Source: Negaprion brevirostris (taxonomy: Eukaryota). From it: 64,000 nt of DNA. The stretch covers positions 34,631,341-34,695,340 of the forward strand of contig JARDVH010000130.1 of assembly GCA_030324005.1 (NCBI GenBank), read 5' to 3'. Below, in pieces: positions 48,900-62,265 of this stretch. The position numbers and the translations under genes were made by a program. The notes under the pieces were generated by a model, which did not search any database, was not told the DNA's origin, and saw only the letters and a list, made by a program, of their open reading frames with translations. Positions within the stretch are counted from its first letter, which is position 1; each line of letters opens with the position of its first letter.

Positions 48900-51800
48900 G
48901 ATCACCGGACCTGTGAGACACTCCTCTGGGAGCAGAGCTCAAAGTGACATGGGACCAACCACAGCAGCTGATACTTATAATAGAAGTGTTGGATAGAAAC
49001 AAGGTTTTCAGCCAACGTAAATAAGACCCTTAGCTAACAATCTCTTTTCAGAGCATAAGTCACCTAATTGAGAGCGGCCTCATGGCAGGAGACCGCAAAC
49101 CCATGATTTGCTCCTCCTACACAATGTATATAAACTAAGAGATGAGGATGTACAAGCTGAGTACATACAAGTAGTTAAGAGACAAATAAAAATTCAGGAC
49201 CCAAAATGCAGTAATCTCAGGATTACTCCCAGTTTCACACGCCAGTGAGAGCAGAAATAAGAGGATAGACCAAATGAACACATGATTGGAGAGATGGTGT
49301 AGCCAGGAGGGATTCAGATTTTTGAGGCACTTGGGACTGGCTCTAGGGAAGGTGCGACCTGTGCAAATTGGACAGACTGCACCCAGACTGAGCTGAGGCC
49401 AACATCCTTGTGGGGGCTTTTGCTACTTCTGTTGGGGGCTAGTGTGGCAGAGGGATAGGATCCCAGTAGTAGGATCCGGTAAGTCTGATTCAGATCAGGA
49501 AAATGGAGGTAAAATATTAGCTTGTGAGGTTGAAGATGTAGTGATAGATTTGGAATTACAGGAGAAGGGAAACTGATGAGCTTAAACTGTTTATACTTTA
49601 ATGCAAGGGAGTATTACAAACAAAGTAGATGTGTTAAGGGCACAGATAAAACATGAAGCAGCAGGACATCATTGCTATAATAGTAACCTGGCTAAAGGAC
49701 AGGCAAAATTGGTAGCTCAACAGCCCTGGTTAGAGAGTCTTCTGACATGATAAGAGTGGGAGATAAAAAAGGAGCGGTGTGGCATTAATGGTTAAAGAAT
49801 CAATTTCAGTTGTGAGGAGGGATGATATACTGAACAGGTCAACAAATGATGCTTTATGGGTTGGGCTTAGAAATAAAAAAGGGCAGTCACACTACTGGGA
49901 GTATACTACAGATCCCAAATAGTAAAAGGGAGATAAGCACACACGTAAGCAAATTTCTGCCTGTAAGCACAAGAGGGCAATAATAGCAGGAGACTTTAAC
50001 TATTCCCATATCAATTGGGATTCAATACAAGGAGCACTGAAAGAGAGAAAAAAAAAATCATACAATGTGTCCAGGAATTGTTTTTCAACCAGTGAAAAAC
50101 CCATGAGAGGAGAGACAATTCTAGAAATAGTCTCGAGGAACAAAGAAGGGAAAGTGGATGAAGTTACAGTTGGTGAACGTGTCAAAAGATAGTTAAATTT
50201 TTCAGTTAAGATTTAGCTTTACCATGGAAGAGGGCGGAGATGAAGCAGGAGTAAAAATTTTGAATTGGGTAAGGCAAATTTTGATAAGAGACTTGGCTCA
50301 GGTGAACTCGACAGCAGTGCTAGAGGATAAATCGATGGAAAACCATGCGCAACACTGAAAAGCAAGATCCTAAACATACGAAGTCATATCCATTCCAAAA
50401 ATAAGAGTGGTACTACCAAATCTAGACCCTCCCCCCTTTCCCCCATTGTCTAGAGGAATACAGGGGAAGATCAAACAGAATAAGAAAGCATACAATACGC
50501 AGTAAACACTGCGGGTAGCCTGGACAAATATAGGAAATAAAAGGGACAAAGTAAAAACGGAAATAAGAAAATCAAAGAGAGGGCATAAAAAAGCTTAGCA
50601 AGTAAAGTTACAGAAAGCCCAAAGGTGTTTTTAATCAATTTATTAATGGGAAACTTAATTAAGGAAAAGTGAAATTTATCAGAGATCAAAAAGGTAACTT
50701 GTGTGTAGATGTAGAAGCTGTGGGATGATTTTTAAATGAACAATTTGTGTCCATGTTTACAAAGGAAAGGGATGTTACAAATATGATAGTCCAAGAGAAT
50801 ACAGATATTGGATGGAATAATCATAAAGCCAGAGAAAGTATTTGAAGGGACGGACTCCTTAAATGTTAATAAATCACCAGAGCCAGATGGACTTTCCGCA
50901 GCTGCTGGAGGCCGTCAGGGCAAAGATAGCAGATGCTTAGAGGATGATTTTCCAATCTTCACTAGACACAGAGGAAGAACAGAGGACTGGAGAAATATAA
51001 ACATAGTTTCACAGTTTAAAAGAGGATCAAAGGGAATGCCAAACAATTATAGGCCAGTTAGTCCAACATTGGTGGCAGGCAAATTAACAGAATCTACCAA
51101 CAGATAGGATTAACTGTGACATAGAAAGGCACGGACTAGTCAGGGATGGTCTGCATGGATTTGTTAAAAGGAGGTCTTGCTTCACAAATTCGATTTGAGG
51201 AATGGCAAGAAGGGTTGATAAAGGTAGTACAGTGGATGTTGCGGACATGGATTTTAACAAGCTGTTTGAGAAGGACCCACAGGGCAGAATGGTCAAAAAA
51301 ATAAAAGCTCATGGGATACAGGGTAATGTGGCAAACAGAATAAAAAGGTGGCTTAATAACAGGAAACAAAGGGTAATAGTTTATGGATGCCCTTGCAAAA
51401 GGAAAATTGTTTAAAGCGGTGTTCCAGGGATCAGTGCTGGAACCCCTATTGTTTACGTTGTATATTGAACTGGTTGTCAACATGAGGGGCACAACTGGGA
51501 AATCTGTAGATGACACAAAGATTGGCCAAGTTGTGTATATTCAGAGGATAGTTATAATCTCCAAAATGATATAGATGGGTTAATGGAGTGGGCAACAAAG
51601 TGGCAGATGGATTTTAACACAAGCGTGAGGTCATGCAATAAGGGAGGTCAAACATTAATCGGGAGCACACAATTAATGAGAATATACTAAGACAGATAGA
51701 TGAAGTGGGAGGTCTTGGTGTACAAGTACACAGGTCCCTTCACGCAGGTAAGGTTGCAAAGGCCTATGGATTGTTCTCCTTCATTGGCAGAGATTTAGAA

Positions 51801-52380
51801 TGTGAAAGTAAGGATTTAATGTTGGAATTGTTTAAAACATTGTTGAGGCCACAACTGGAGTACTGTGTGCAGTTCTGGTCACCACATTACAAGGAGGACA
51901 GAATTGCTCTGGAGAGAGCACAGAAGAGAATGGTGCCAGGGCTAGAAAAGTGTAGCTATGAGGAGAGATTGGATCAGTTAGGGTTATTTTACCTGGAACA
52001 AAGGCAGCTGATGGGTAACTTGATTAGGGTGTACAGAACTATCAGGAGAAGGGATAGAGTGGACAGGATAAAATTATTTGCCTTGATGGAGAATTCTAGA
52101 TTCAAGGTAAGTGGCATAAGGTGTAGAGGGGACATGAGGAAGAAGTTTTTTTTAAAAACACAGAGAAATGAGTGTCTGGAATTCGCTGCTACAGTTGATG
52201 GTGGAGGCAGAAATCCTAAACTCCTTTATTCTTATTCCTTTATTCTCCTTTGTTATACCTTGATCTGCACTTTATGTGCTGTAAGCTACAGGGCTATGGA
52301 CTGGGTGTCCTTGAATTGGCATGTACAAGATGGGCTGAATTGCCTCTTCCTGTACTGTAACTTTTCTAAGGTTTTAAAAG
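48900..52380 (+). mobile_element. Near full-length but dead CR1 LINE (5' UTR, internally deleted ORF1, APE endonuclease, RT, tail)
   Basis: ORF1 start MAGDRKPMICSS at 49082 and esterase end at 49180-49440. LYFNAR, GVYYR and IIAGDFN endonuclease motifs. KSPEPDG, NYRPVS, HGFVKRRSC, QGSVLEP, DDTK, LEYCVQFWSPHY. Confidence 0.93.
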
Positions 52381-53164
52381 TACTTGTATGGTAGAGAAAA
52401 CAAGGAGTGACAACAGAACCCCAACCTCATGTAATTTGGAGCGGATATCCATTACTTCTGTATCTATATTCCTTCAATCTTTTCAAAGGTTAAGCAAGTG
52501 TTAAACAAAGATACAGACTGGATTGAACGATTAAGGATGATTCATTCTTAGGAACTTAAATTCACATAGGAACTTAAAAAATGCTTGGTTCAAAAAGCTA
52601 CCAGTTAAAACAAAATGACCACGAAGATATTGAATTGCCAGCCAAACTGACCTTTAACAATGGAAACCTACCATCCTTACCTGCTCTGGTTACAATTCTA
52701 GTTCTATGTCAGCAGAGATGAAAGCCCTCTGACATATTCTAGTGAACTAATCAGTTGCATCAACACTGCTGTAGTACGGAAGGGTAACAAGACAGCCACT
52801 GACACCATATCCCACGAATTAAAATAAAACATATTTTCATAGGAATACAGAATAAATGCCATCCCAACTCCAATTGGTTGTCTTTCTTAATTTAAACTGA
52901 ACACTATTGCTGCATGCTACACTACAGGCAAGAGTAAAGCCTCTTTCCTGTGTTTTCACTCTTGAAGTTTTTCTGTGTGTGACATTTGTGTCTGTTTCAC
53001 TTTTAAAAGGCTGAACCAGAGTCCACTTTTGGTCAAAAGTTACTTCTTATTCCTCATCCCAGAACCCAGCAAACTCCTCCAGCCTAATTTGGAAAACTGT
53101 TGCTAAATTCACTTGAGTATCGCAAATGCAAATGTTTGCAAAACTGAAAGAAAAGGAACATAGC

Positions 53165-53330
53165 TGAATGTATGTATTGCCTTTCAGGTTCTCAGCAAGT
53201 CCCAAGCCACTATAAGCCAACAAATTATATTTAAGGTGTAATTACATAGACAAATGTGGCACTCAAATTGCACGCAGCAAGAATAATGACCAATCTACAA
53301 TGTTGGTCAGAACACCAGACCTCACCCCGC
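53165..53330 (-). mobile_element. Decayed Deu-domain-type SINE fragment
   Basis: gcctttca..ctcag..gtcccaa..c..ta.agccaa...aaattgcacgcagcaag..taatgacca resembles the recalled AmnSINE/SacSINE tail. Confidence 0.45.
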
Positions 53331-53404
53331 CCTTCATTAGCTGTAAAGCATTTTGGAAAATTCTGATGTTACAAAAAGTGATATATAAATGCAAGTCTTT
53401 CTTA

Positions 53405-54610
53405 GGAACATAGGAGTAGGATTGAGTTCATTCAATCATTCGAACAGATAATGACTAATCCATTTACTCCTCACCAGTCCTCTGTCAAATTGCCAAATTT
53501 TTCCAACTATCCCCATACCCCTTGATGTCATTAATATCCGGAAATCCATTGATTTCCGTCTTGAATATGCTCAATGATTGAGCTTCCACAGTCCTCTGGG
53601 ATAGAGAATTCCAAGGATTCATCACTCTCAGTACATAAATTCCTCTTTCATCTCAGTCCTAAATGGCCTACCCCTTACTCTAGAACACAGGCTAGGCCAG
53701 ATCTCCTTGACCTCTCCTTGTGACATCTACTGGTTCTCCTTTATCTATGATACAAGTAACATGCACAAATAAACTCTAACAGCTTTGTCAAATATGATTT
53801 CCCTTTCATACATCCATGTTGATTGCCCAATCGTCATTATTTTCGAAATGTCCAATCATCACATCCTTTATAACAGATCCCAACGTTTTCCCTTAGTCAA
53901 ACTAACAGGTCTGTAGTTGTCTACAGGATGCAGGAACCTTCCAAGGATCAAGACATTTTTGAAAGATAACTACCAATGAATGCATCCCTTACCTCTATAG
54001 CCACCTCCTCTAACACTCTGGAATGTAGCTCATCAGGTCCTGAGATTTATTACACCTTCAACTGAACTATTTTTGAGTGCTTCCTCTTTATTAATATTAA
54101 TTTCTTTCAGTCCCTAAATTTCACAAGTTCTTTACTAAATCTAGTGAATCCTAGTATATCTAGCAGATTTTCTGCATCTTCCTCCATGAAGACAGACATA
54201 ATTGTTTTGTTTCTCCGTGTTTCCCTATTCTCCATTATAAATTTGCCTGAATCTGTCTGTTCAGGGCCCACATTTTGTGTGGCTAACCTCTTCCTTTTCA
54301 CATACCTAAAGAAGCTATTATACTATTTACAATACTATATAGTATTTCTTTATATTTTTCACCAGTTTGCATTAATTTGTTCTTTTCCCTTGATCAATTT
54401 CTTCGTCCTCCTTTGCTGGATTCTAATTTGATCCCAATCCTCAGGCACTTTTTTTTGGCAACCACTTCCTTTGACCGAATGTAATCTTTAATTTAGCCGA
54501 AGTTAATTCACCTTTCCTACTGGATTGCTCTATCTTGGAGGAATATATATTTGTTGTAAAACATTTAATGCTTCTTTAAATATTAGCCATGGTCTTGCCT
54601 ATCATCAAAT
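53405..54610 (-). mobile_element. Decayed CR1 with internal deletions
   Basis: 3' tail at 53405-53690, NYRPVSLT at ~53895-53920, linker region to 54610. Confidence 0.8.
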
Positions 54611-57074
54611 CTTCTATCTAAATGTGTCTCTAATTATTTGTCGTCACCAATGAAGACACTGCATCCTACCATCTACCATGTGAATGATGCAATGACAAAT
54701 TTGAATAAATAGTTTCCAAATAGCAACACGGTGCCAGATTCGATTACAAGTTCAAAGTCCAAGTGGTACCTGACTCCACAATGTTTTGGCCTGTACTTAA
54801 AAGCATTGCAAGTTTTTTAAAAATGTGTTACTTTGTACCTTAGCAACAGAACACAAGTCTTTACTGGCAAAGAAAATTTTAAGAAGAGTTTAATACAAAG
54901 AAACTTGATGGTGTGACTCCATTGTAACAAAAGGATAAAATATAGAAATACAACTACTCCAAGCTTTACGAAGAGGAAATAATCACAATTTGAAATTTCA
55001 ATCAAAATGAATGTTTTAAGATTCCTTAAGCTCTATTCATTTATTTGAACAACCTGAAAGGCAAACAGATAAAGCCCAAAACAATGAAATAACTTCTCCT
55101 ACATTGCTCTGTGTGCCAAGATCTTATGATAGCAGAAATCGCCATCACTTGATAGATTAGCTGCCAACAGTAGCTAAATTTTGTGCTTAAGCCACTGATG
55201 ACAAATGAAACAGATTCAGAAATATACTGTGCAATAGTTTATCTTATGTGCGCTTTGCACTGCCCAAAACATGCACTTCATTATTCTATTTAGCATATTA
55301 TTCTAAAAGATTAATAATCTATTCTACTTCAGATTAATTTAGCTTCCTATCCATTGCTCAGGTTCATCCCATAAGTAGCCATAACAAATTAGACCTCAAG
55401 GGTAGACAGTTTGATCCAAGGTTGTACAGAGTTATCTGAACTCAGTCAGGTAGTTGGAGCACAACTTCAATTGGCTGGAGCACCCCAGGGATAAGAAATG
55501 TATTATAGTGGCAAAGAAACTGATGGGTTGAAGACTTAGTCTCAACACTTGTATCGAAGCATCATTGACTGCAGCCATTAGGCTACCTTCCACCGTCAAG
55601 CCAGCCTCAGTGTCTGTCATTAGAAATACTACATTCTAGTTACAAACTGCAAGATTTGCAACTGCAAAGATCAATATCTTGATAAGACTTTGCAAACAAA
55701 TTTGCCATTCCTGTTGATAGGAACCTATTCGCACTCTAACGAACCTAGGTTTACCAAGAGGCATCACAACAACAAAGACAGCTTTGACAAGAAATGGCAG
55801 CAGTGACACCAACAATGTAGACTCCCAGGAGATGAAATCTATCAAAACACTAGGAATATCGATCCTGATTTTCGACAACATTGCAACACAATACACAAAA
55901 CAATCTTCAGAACAGTATGTGATTCAGCAGCATTATCAGTGTTATTCCTCTGCACTGTACTAAAATTAGAGAGTACAAATACCGTGTACAAACATAAATT
56001 ACACTTGACAAAAAACAATTCACCAGTTATGGAATTAAAAAGCTGTAAATGACTTCAAAAATTGCTGACCATACTTTAACGCAGCTCAAAACTAAAACAA
56101 AAATCACTATAGAACAAGCTACTCTTTGAATAAACTCCTATCACTGGTAGCATTGCCCAATATATATGCATGTTGTTACTGTTGGTTGGACTGGTATATG
56201 TTAACACCATTGTCACCACCTACNNNNNNNNNNTGGCAACCATTCTGATTCTTCTTCCCAAGTTATAACTTAAGTGCTTAGATTGTCACCTAGTGACCAA
56301 CTTTGACAGTTGTTCACACCAATTGCCAGAGAGAATAGAAGACATTAACTAGCTTCACCCAACACTTAAACTGGAGCTTTATTTAATTAAGTGTATATAA
56401 TTCTGTGCAAATTATGTGCAATTATGCAAGTTGACTGTATTGTAAGTAATGAAATAGAAAGCACAATCAGGCATCTTGCTTTCACAAAAAAGATGTGACC
56501 TCAAAAAGTGTAAGTGACTCAATTGGGCAGCAGAAATAAAAAGGCTTCAAATACAAACAACCGTACAGATGTGCCATCGTGTGGCTTCAAGTTTATGTAA
56601 ACCACATTCTGCTCCTATCCTATCTAACAGGGAGAGGGGGATGTGCAGATATCTACTATGAAACAGATCAGGAAGCAATGCAAGCCAATAAACTCAGGCA
56701 ACATTTCACATCGACCTTTCATTAACTAAATCTATAACCCCATACTTCTCATTCTGGGGCTGAAATGCTGCCAGCATTCTCAACAGGTTAATGAAAAGAA
56801 AGGATCACTTTTATAACTCTGCGCCTGCCCTTTAAAGACAGTTTTTTTTCAGTGTGATGCATCTACTTCAAAGTCAGCCTCCTGAGTGCTCTAAAATGTT
56901 TTAATTGGTTTGTTTACTTCATGCGGGCAATTTTACTCTGTCGAGTAAGGCAGTAGACACTCAACTCTACTGATCAACACAGTTCCAGCCCGATACACAA
57001 GAATATGCAATCTGGCTTCCCAATTACTGTAATCTGCTATTCACTCACCTTTCACAATGAGTAAAAGACCAGGA

Positions 57075-59380
57075 GAAAGAAAACAAGACACAAGATGGTT
57101 GGTATAGGAAATAAGGATCTGTATCATAAATGAAAAAGACAGCATCAATTTGAAGATAATAATAAGTTGCAATAAGGAAATTAGAAATTTACAAATGGAT
57201 ATGGGCCAAATGTGGTAGATGGCGCTTAACGTGGATAATTGCAGCATTATTCATTTTGGTCAGAAAAATAGAATGGAAGTTATTAGCTAAATGGACAGAA
57301 ACGTCACAATGCTTTGGTGCAGTGGAATCGTGTGCACGAATCGCAGAGATCTAGGATGCAAGTGCAGCAGATAATAAGGAAGGCAAATAGAATTTTGGCA
57401 TTAATTGCTAAAGGAATAGAGTATAAAAGTTGGGACGTGTTACTGCAAATATTCCCCACAAACTGCTTTGCCCTTTAAGGAACTGACTGGTGGTGATTTA
57501 ATCTGAGGACAACCATACATCAAGCGAGGGGCAACGTTAAAAGGACAGCCTTCATGAATAGCCTCAGCTGGTGCGGAAGTTGAACCTACCCAGTGTCATC
57601 GCTCTGTACCGACTGCAACTGTACAACTCAGTAGTGAAACTGTATCTGGAATATGTGACGCTAGTGTACCTTAAGAAATGTTTTTTAAAGTCACGTTCTC
57701 TACACTTCAGAATCAGAATTCTACAGTGCAAAAGGGGCCCTTCAGCCCATCAAGTCTGCACCAATGCATGAAAGGCACTGATCTGCCCACCTAATCCCAC
57801 TTGCCAGCACTTGACCCATAGCCTTGAATGCTATAATATGCCAATTACTCATTTGGAAACTAATTAAAGGATGTGAGGCATCCCGCCNNNNNNNNNNNNN
57901 NNNNNNNNNNNNNNNNNNNNNNNNNNNNNNNNNNNNNNNNNNNNNNNNNNNNNNNNNNNNNNNNNNNNNNNNNNNNNNNNNNNNNNNNNNNNNNNNNNNN
58001 NNNNNNNNNNNNNNNNNNNNNNNNNNNNNNNNNNNNNNNNNNNNNNNNNNNNNNNNNNNNNNNNNNNNNNNNNNNNNNNNNNNNNNNNNNNNNNNNNNNN
58101 NNNNNNNNNNNNNNNNNNNNNNNNNNNNNNNNNNNNNNNNNNNNNNNNNNNNNNNNNNNNNNNNNNNNNNNNNNNNNNNNNNNNNNNNNNNNNNNNNNNN
58201 NNNNNNNNNNNNNNNNNNNNNNNNNNNNNNNNNNNNNNNNNNNNNNNNNNNNNNNNNNNNNNNNNNNNNNNNNNNNNNNNNNNNNNNNNNNNNNNNNNNN
58301 NNNNNNNNNNNNNNNNNNNNATGGATTCATTTTCAGTTTTGGTTTAGAATCAGAAGATGTCCTGATTGTCAACTGGCAGACAGGTTTTCCGTGTCTCTCT
58401 GGTCTTGTAAATTCTGCTGGCTAGCTGGAAGCCAGTATCCTGGCCTTCCTGGAATGAAAATTCTGCGTGTTCTGAGAACTGCAGCATCCAAAGGAGTAAG
58501 TTCCAGCATCACATGAGCATTTGTACTTTTGTGCTAAAACTGTGGTATGGGTTTATGCAATTTGTTTAGTTGGAATGGTATTTAACTGTTAAGATTTATT
58601 CAATATCTCGTTTTTTTCTCTTGTGTGCAATTGGTAAAAGTTATTGTTAATCTTCTTTCTATAGATGTTAATTGTATTCTTAAACAAACTTTGTTTGATA
58701 AATGCTCCCTAGTGGGTCATTTGTATCATACTTGAAGTGAAATATCTCATGCTTACCCTCACCACATTCAAATTGCAAAACTTGTGATCCAGGCGGACTT
58801 CATAAAACAATTTGAAGTTTCTGACCAGAATTATAACAAGTATTGTGTACATTTTCAGTTCACTTACTTTAAGAGGGATGTAGGAAAAACATAGAAACGT
58901 AAAAATAGTTGCATTGAAGACAGTTAGAGGAGGTTCACTGGATTGATTCCAGAGATGAGAATGTGTCTTATAAAGAGAGGCTGAATAGTTTAGGACTACA
59001 CTCTCGAGTTTAGGAAAATGAGGGGAGATCTAATTGAGCTACACAAGATGAAGGCAATCGACAAAGTAGATGTAGAGTGGAAGTTTCCTCATGTCGGGCA
59101 ATCCAGAATGAGGGGTCATAGTTCTAGGACAACGGATTGCAGTTTTAAAACAGAAATGAAGAAAAGTTACTTCTCTCAAAGGGTCGTGAAACAGTGAAAT
59201 CCATTACGCCAGACACTGAGCAAATTGGAGGAGAGATATTTTTAATTAGTAATAAGCTGAAGGAGAATGGACAACAAGCAGGAGAGTGAATTGAGACCAA
59301 GGGATAAGATTAGCCATGGTCATATTAAATGATGGAGCAGACTTGAGGGGCTGAATTGCCTACTCCTGCTCCTAGTCCTC
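57075..59380 (+). mobile_element. CR1 RT/3' tail interrupted by a short repeat (57450-57620) and a solo LTR
   Basis: IIHFGQKN, IRKANRILALIAKGIEYKS. The LEYCV motif is split at 57653/58839. Tail at 59290-59380. Confidence 0.85.
57654..58838 (+). mobile_element. Solo LTR related to 6017-7703/6329-7107, itself carrying a minus CR1 tail and a gap
   Basis: Ends TGTGA...TAACA, TSD AATA/AGTA (1 mismatch). ccttaagaaatgtttt and aaactttgtttgataaa are reverse complements of the 6-7 kb copies. Confidence 0.82.
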
Positions 59381-59689
59381 ACAGGGCAGCATCTGTGGAG
59401 ATGCTAACTCTGTTTCTCTTCAGATGCTGCCAGACCTAAGTTTATTTAGCATTTTCTGTTTTTATTTCAGATTACCAGCATCTGCAGTATTTTGCTTTTA
59501 GGCCTTCAAAGAGATTTTTAGGGAGCGAACAGACACATTCCATGAAGGGAAAAGGAATGGCAGCCAAAGCCACAACTCCCAGGATGACAAAGGTAAAGAG
59601 ATTGTGAAAATGAGAAAGAGTAGAAGGGCACAAGAAATAGCTGCAGTAGTAGCTGTACAATGTCTCAAGCCTGTTCCAACATCTAATAA

Positions 59690-60170
59690 AAGAGAACGCA
59701 ACTGATCTGATTCCAGCCTCAACCTAACTTTACTGCGTGTTCCCCTTAACTGTTGACTCCCCTGCAGTTCAAGAATCAGCCTTCAACATATTCAACAGCT
59801 CAGCTTCCACAGTTCTCTGGGTTAGAGAATTCTAACTTTTTTTTGTATGTCGTAGGATGTGGGCATCATTGGCTATTACCCATCTTTAATTGCCCTTGAA
59901 AAGGTGGTGGTGAGCTGCCTGACTGAACTGCTGTAGTCCACATGATGTAAGAACACCCAGTGTTGTTAGGAAGTGAGTTCCAGGGTTTTGTTTCAGGGAT
60001 AGCGAAGGAACAGTGATTAGACTTCCAAATCAATATGGTTTGTCGAGTGGAGGGGAACTCGCAGGTGGTGGAGCTCCCATACAATTGCTGTGCTGAAATG
60101 ATAAAGGTTGGAGGGTTGGAAAATGTTATCCAATGAACCTCGGTGAATTGCTGTCATGCACCTCATAGAT
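59690..60170 (-). mobile_element. CR1 tail followed by a LINE 3' end with gggcaattaaagatggg tail
   Basis: ctgatctga..cctcaac tail, then tgcccttgaaaaggtggtggtgagctgcc and the WNSLP motif on minus. Confidence 0.7.
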
Positions 60171-60179
60171 GCTATATAC

Positions 60180-62265
60180 TCAAAGAACAAGAAAAATACA
60201 GTACAGGAACAGGCCCTTCGGCCCTCCAAGTCTGTGCTGATCATGATGCCTGCCTAAACTAAAACCGTATGCACCGGAGTGTCGGAATGGAATCCTTCCA
60301 TTCCCATCCTATTCNNNNNNNNNNCCCCTTCAATGCCGTATCATATCTGCTCCCACCAATTCCCCGGGCAGCACATTCCAGACTTTCACCACCCTGTGCA
60401 AAAAAACTTGCCTCACATATCTCCTCCAAATGTTTCCCCACACACCTTAAATCTATGTCCCCTAGTACTTCACTTTTCTACCTGACTATCCAGTCTGTCA
60501 ATGCCACTCAATCTTGTAAACCTCTATCAGGTCAGCCTTCAGTTTCAACCCTCAATTTCTGTCGTTCTCCTGAGAACAAACCGAGTTTATCCAACCTCTC
60601 CTCATCGCTCATACCCTCCAGACCAGGCAACATCCTGGTAAACCTCTTCTATACCCCCTCCAAAGCATCCACATCCTTCTGGTTGCATAGCAACCAGAAT
60701 TGCACATAATATTCTAAACATGGCGATTTAAGGTTCTGCAGCAAGACCTGGGAATTTTTATACTCAATGCCCTGACCGATGAAAANNNNNNNNNNTGTCA
60801 TATGCCTTCTTGACTGCCTTATCCACCTCCATTGCCACTTTCAGTGATTGGTGGACATGTACACCCAGATCACTCTGCCTGTCAATACTCCTTTACTGTA
60901 CAATTCCTACATGCACTGGACCTGCCAAAATGCATTATCTCACACATTCTGGATTAATCTCCATTTGCCATTTTTCCACACAAACGTCCAACCAATCTAT
61001 ATCTTGCTGTATCCTCTGACAATCCTCTTCACTGTCTGCAATGCCACCAATTTTTGTGTTATCTGCAAACTTACTAATCAGACCAGCTACATTTTCNNNN
61101 NNNNNNNNNNNNNNNNNNNNNNNNNNNNNNNNNNNNNNNNNNNNNNNNNNNNNNNNNNNNNNNNNNNNNNNNNNNNNNNNNNNNNNNNNNNNNNNNNNNN
61201 NNNNNNNNNNNNNNNNNNNNNNNNNNNNNNNNNNNNNNNNNNNNNNNNNNNNNNNNNNNNNNNNNNNNNNNNNNNNNNNNNNNNNNNNNNNNNNNNNNNN
61301 NNNNNNNNNNNNNNNNNNNNNNNNNNNNNNNNNNNNNNNNNNNNNNNNNNNNNNNNNNNNNNNNNNNNNNNNNNNNNNNNNNNNNNNNNNNNNNNNNNNN
61401 NNNNNNNNNNNNNNNNNNNNNNNNNNNNNNNNNNNNNNNNNNNNNNNNNNNNNNNNNNNNNNNNNNNNNNNNNNNNNNNNNNNNNTAATTTCCCTACCAC
61501 TGACATAAAGCTCACCAGCCTATAATTTCCTGGATTATCCCTGCTGCCCTTCTTAAACAATGAAACAATACTGGCTATCCTCCAATCCTCCGGAACTTCA
61601 TCTGTAGCCAATGAGGACAAGGTGCCAGCAATTTCTGCTCTTGCCTCTCTCAATATTCTGATTTAGACCCCATCAAGCCCTGGGAAATTATCTACTTTAT
61701 TGCTTTTTAAGACACCAATATCTCCTGCAATGCAATTGTATCTCTCCTTAATTGAGAAAGCCAAAGCTACATGCACAACTCTGAGTGTGGTCTTACTAAC
61801 ACCTTGTACAGAGTAGCAAGATATTCCTGCTTGTAATAAAGACCATCACTCCATTTTCCATTGCAATTACTTGCTGTACCTGCACGCTAGCTTTGTGCTT
61901 CATTTAGAAGATACCCAGATTCTCTATCACAGCATTTTGTAGTCTCTCTCCATTTAAATAATACTTTGCTTTTCTATTCTTCCAACCAAAATAGATAATC
62001 TCATATTATACACATCTGACAATATTTTGCCAACTCACAACTTACCATATCCTTTTGCACTTATTGCGCCCTCCTCACAACTTGCTTTTCCAGCTTTCTT
62101 TGCATTGTCAGCAAATTTGGCTGAAGTATCTTTGACCCCTTCATCCAAGTCATCAATATAGATTGCAAATAACGGAGGCCCCAGGTCTGGTCCCAGTGGC
62201 TCACCACTAATTATAGTTCGTCAACCTGAAAATGACCCATTTATCCAGACTCTCTGCTTCCTGTT
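60180..62265 (-). mobile_element. Two adjacent minus-strand CR1 RT fragments
   Basis: EVPEDWRIASIVSLFKKGSRDNPGNYRLVSFMSVVGKL and SKFADNTK. A second SKFADN-like motif near 62105-62120. Confidence 0.88.

Noticed and set aside
51705-52394. Longest gap-free ORF (229 aa)
   Set aside because: It is the C-terminal part of a dead CR1 ORF2 running into the 3' UTR, not a host gene.
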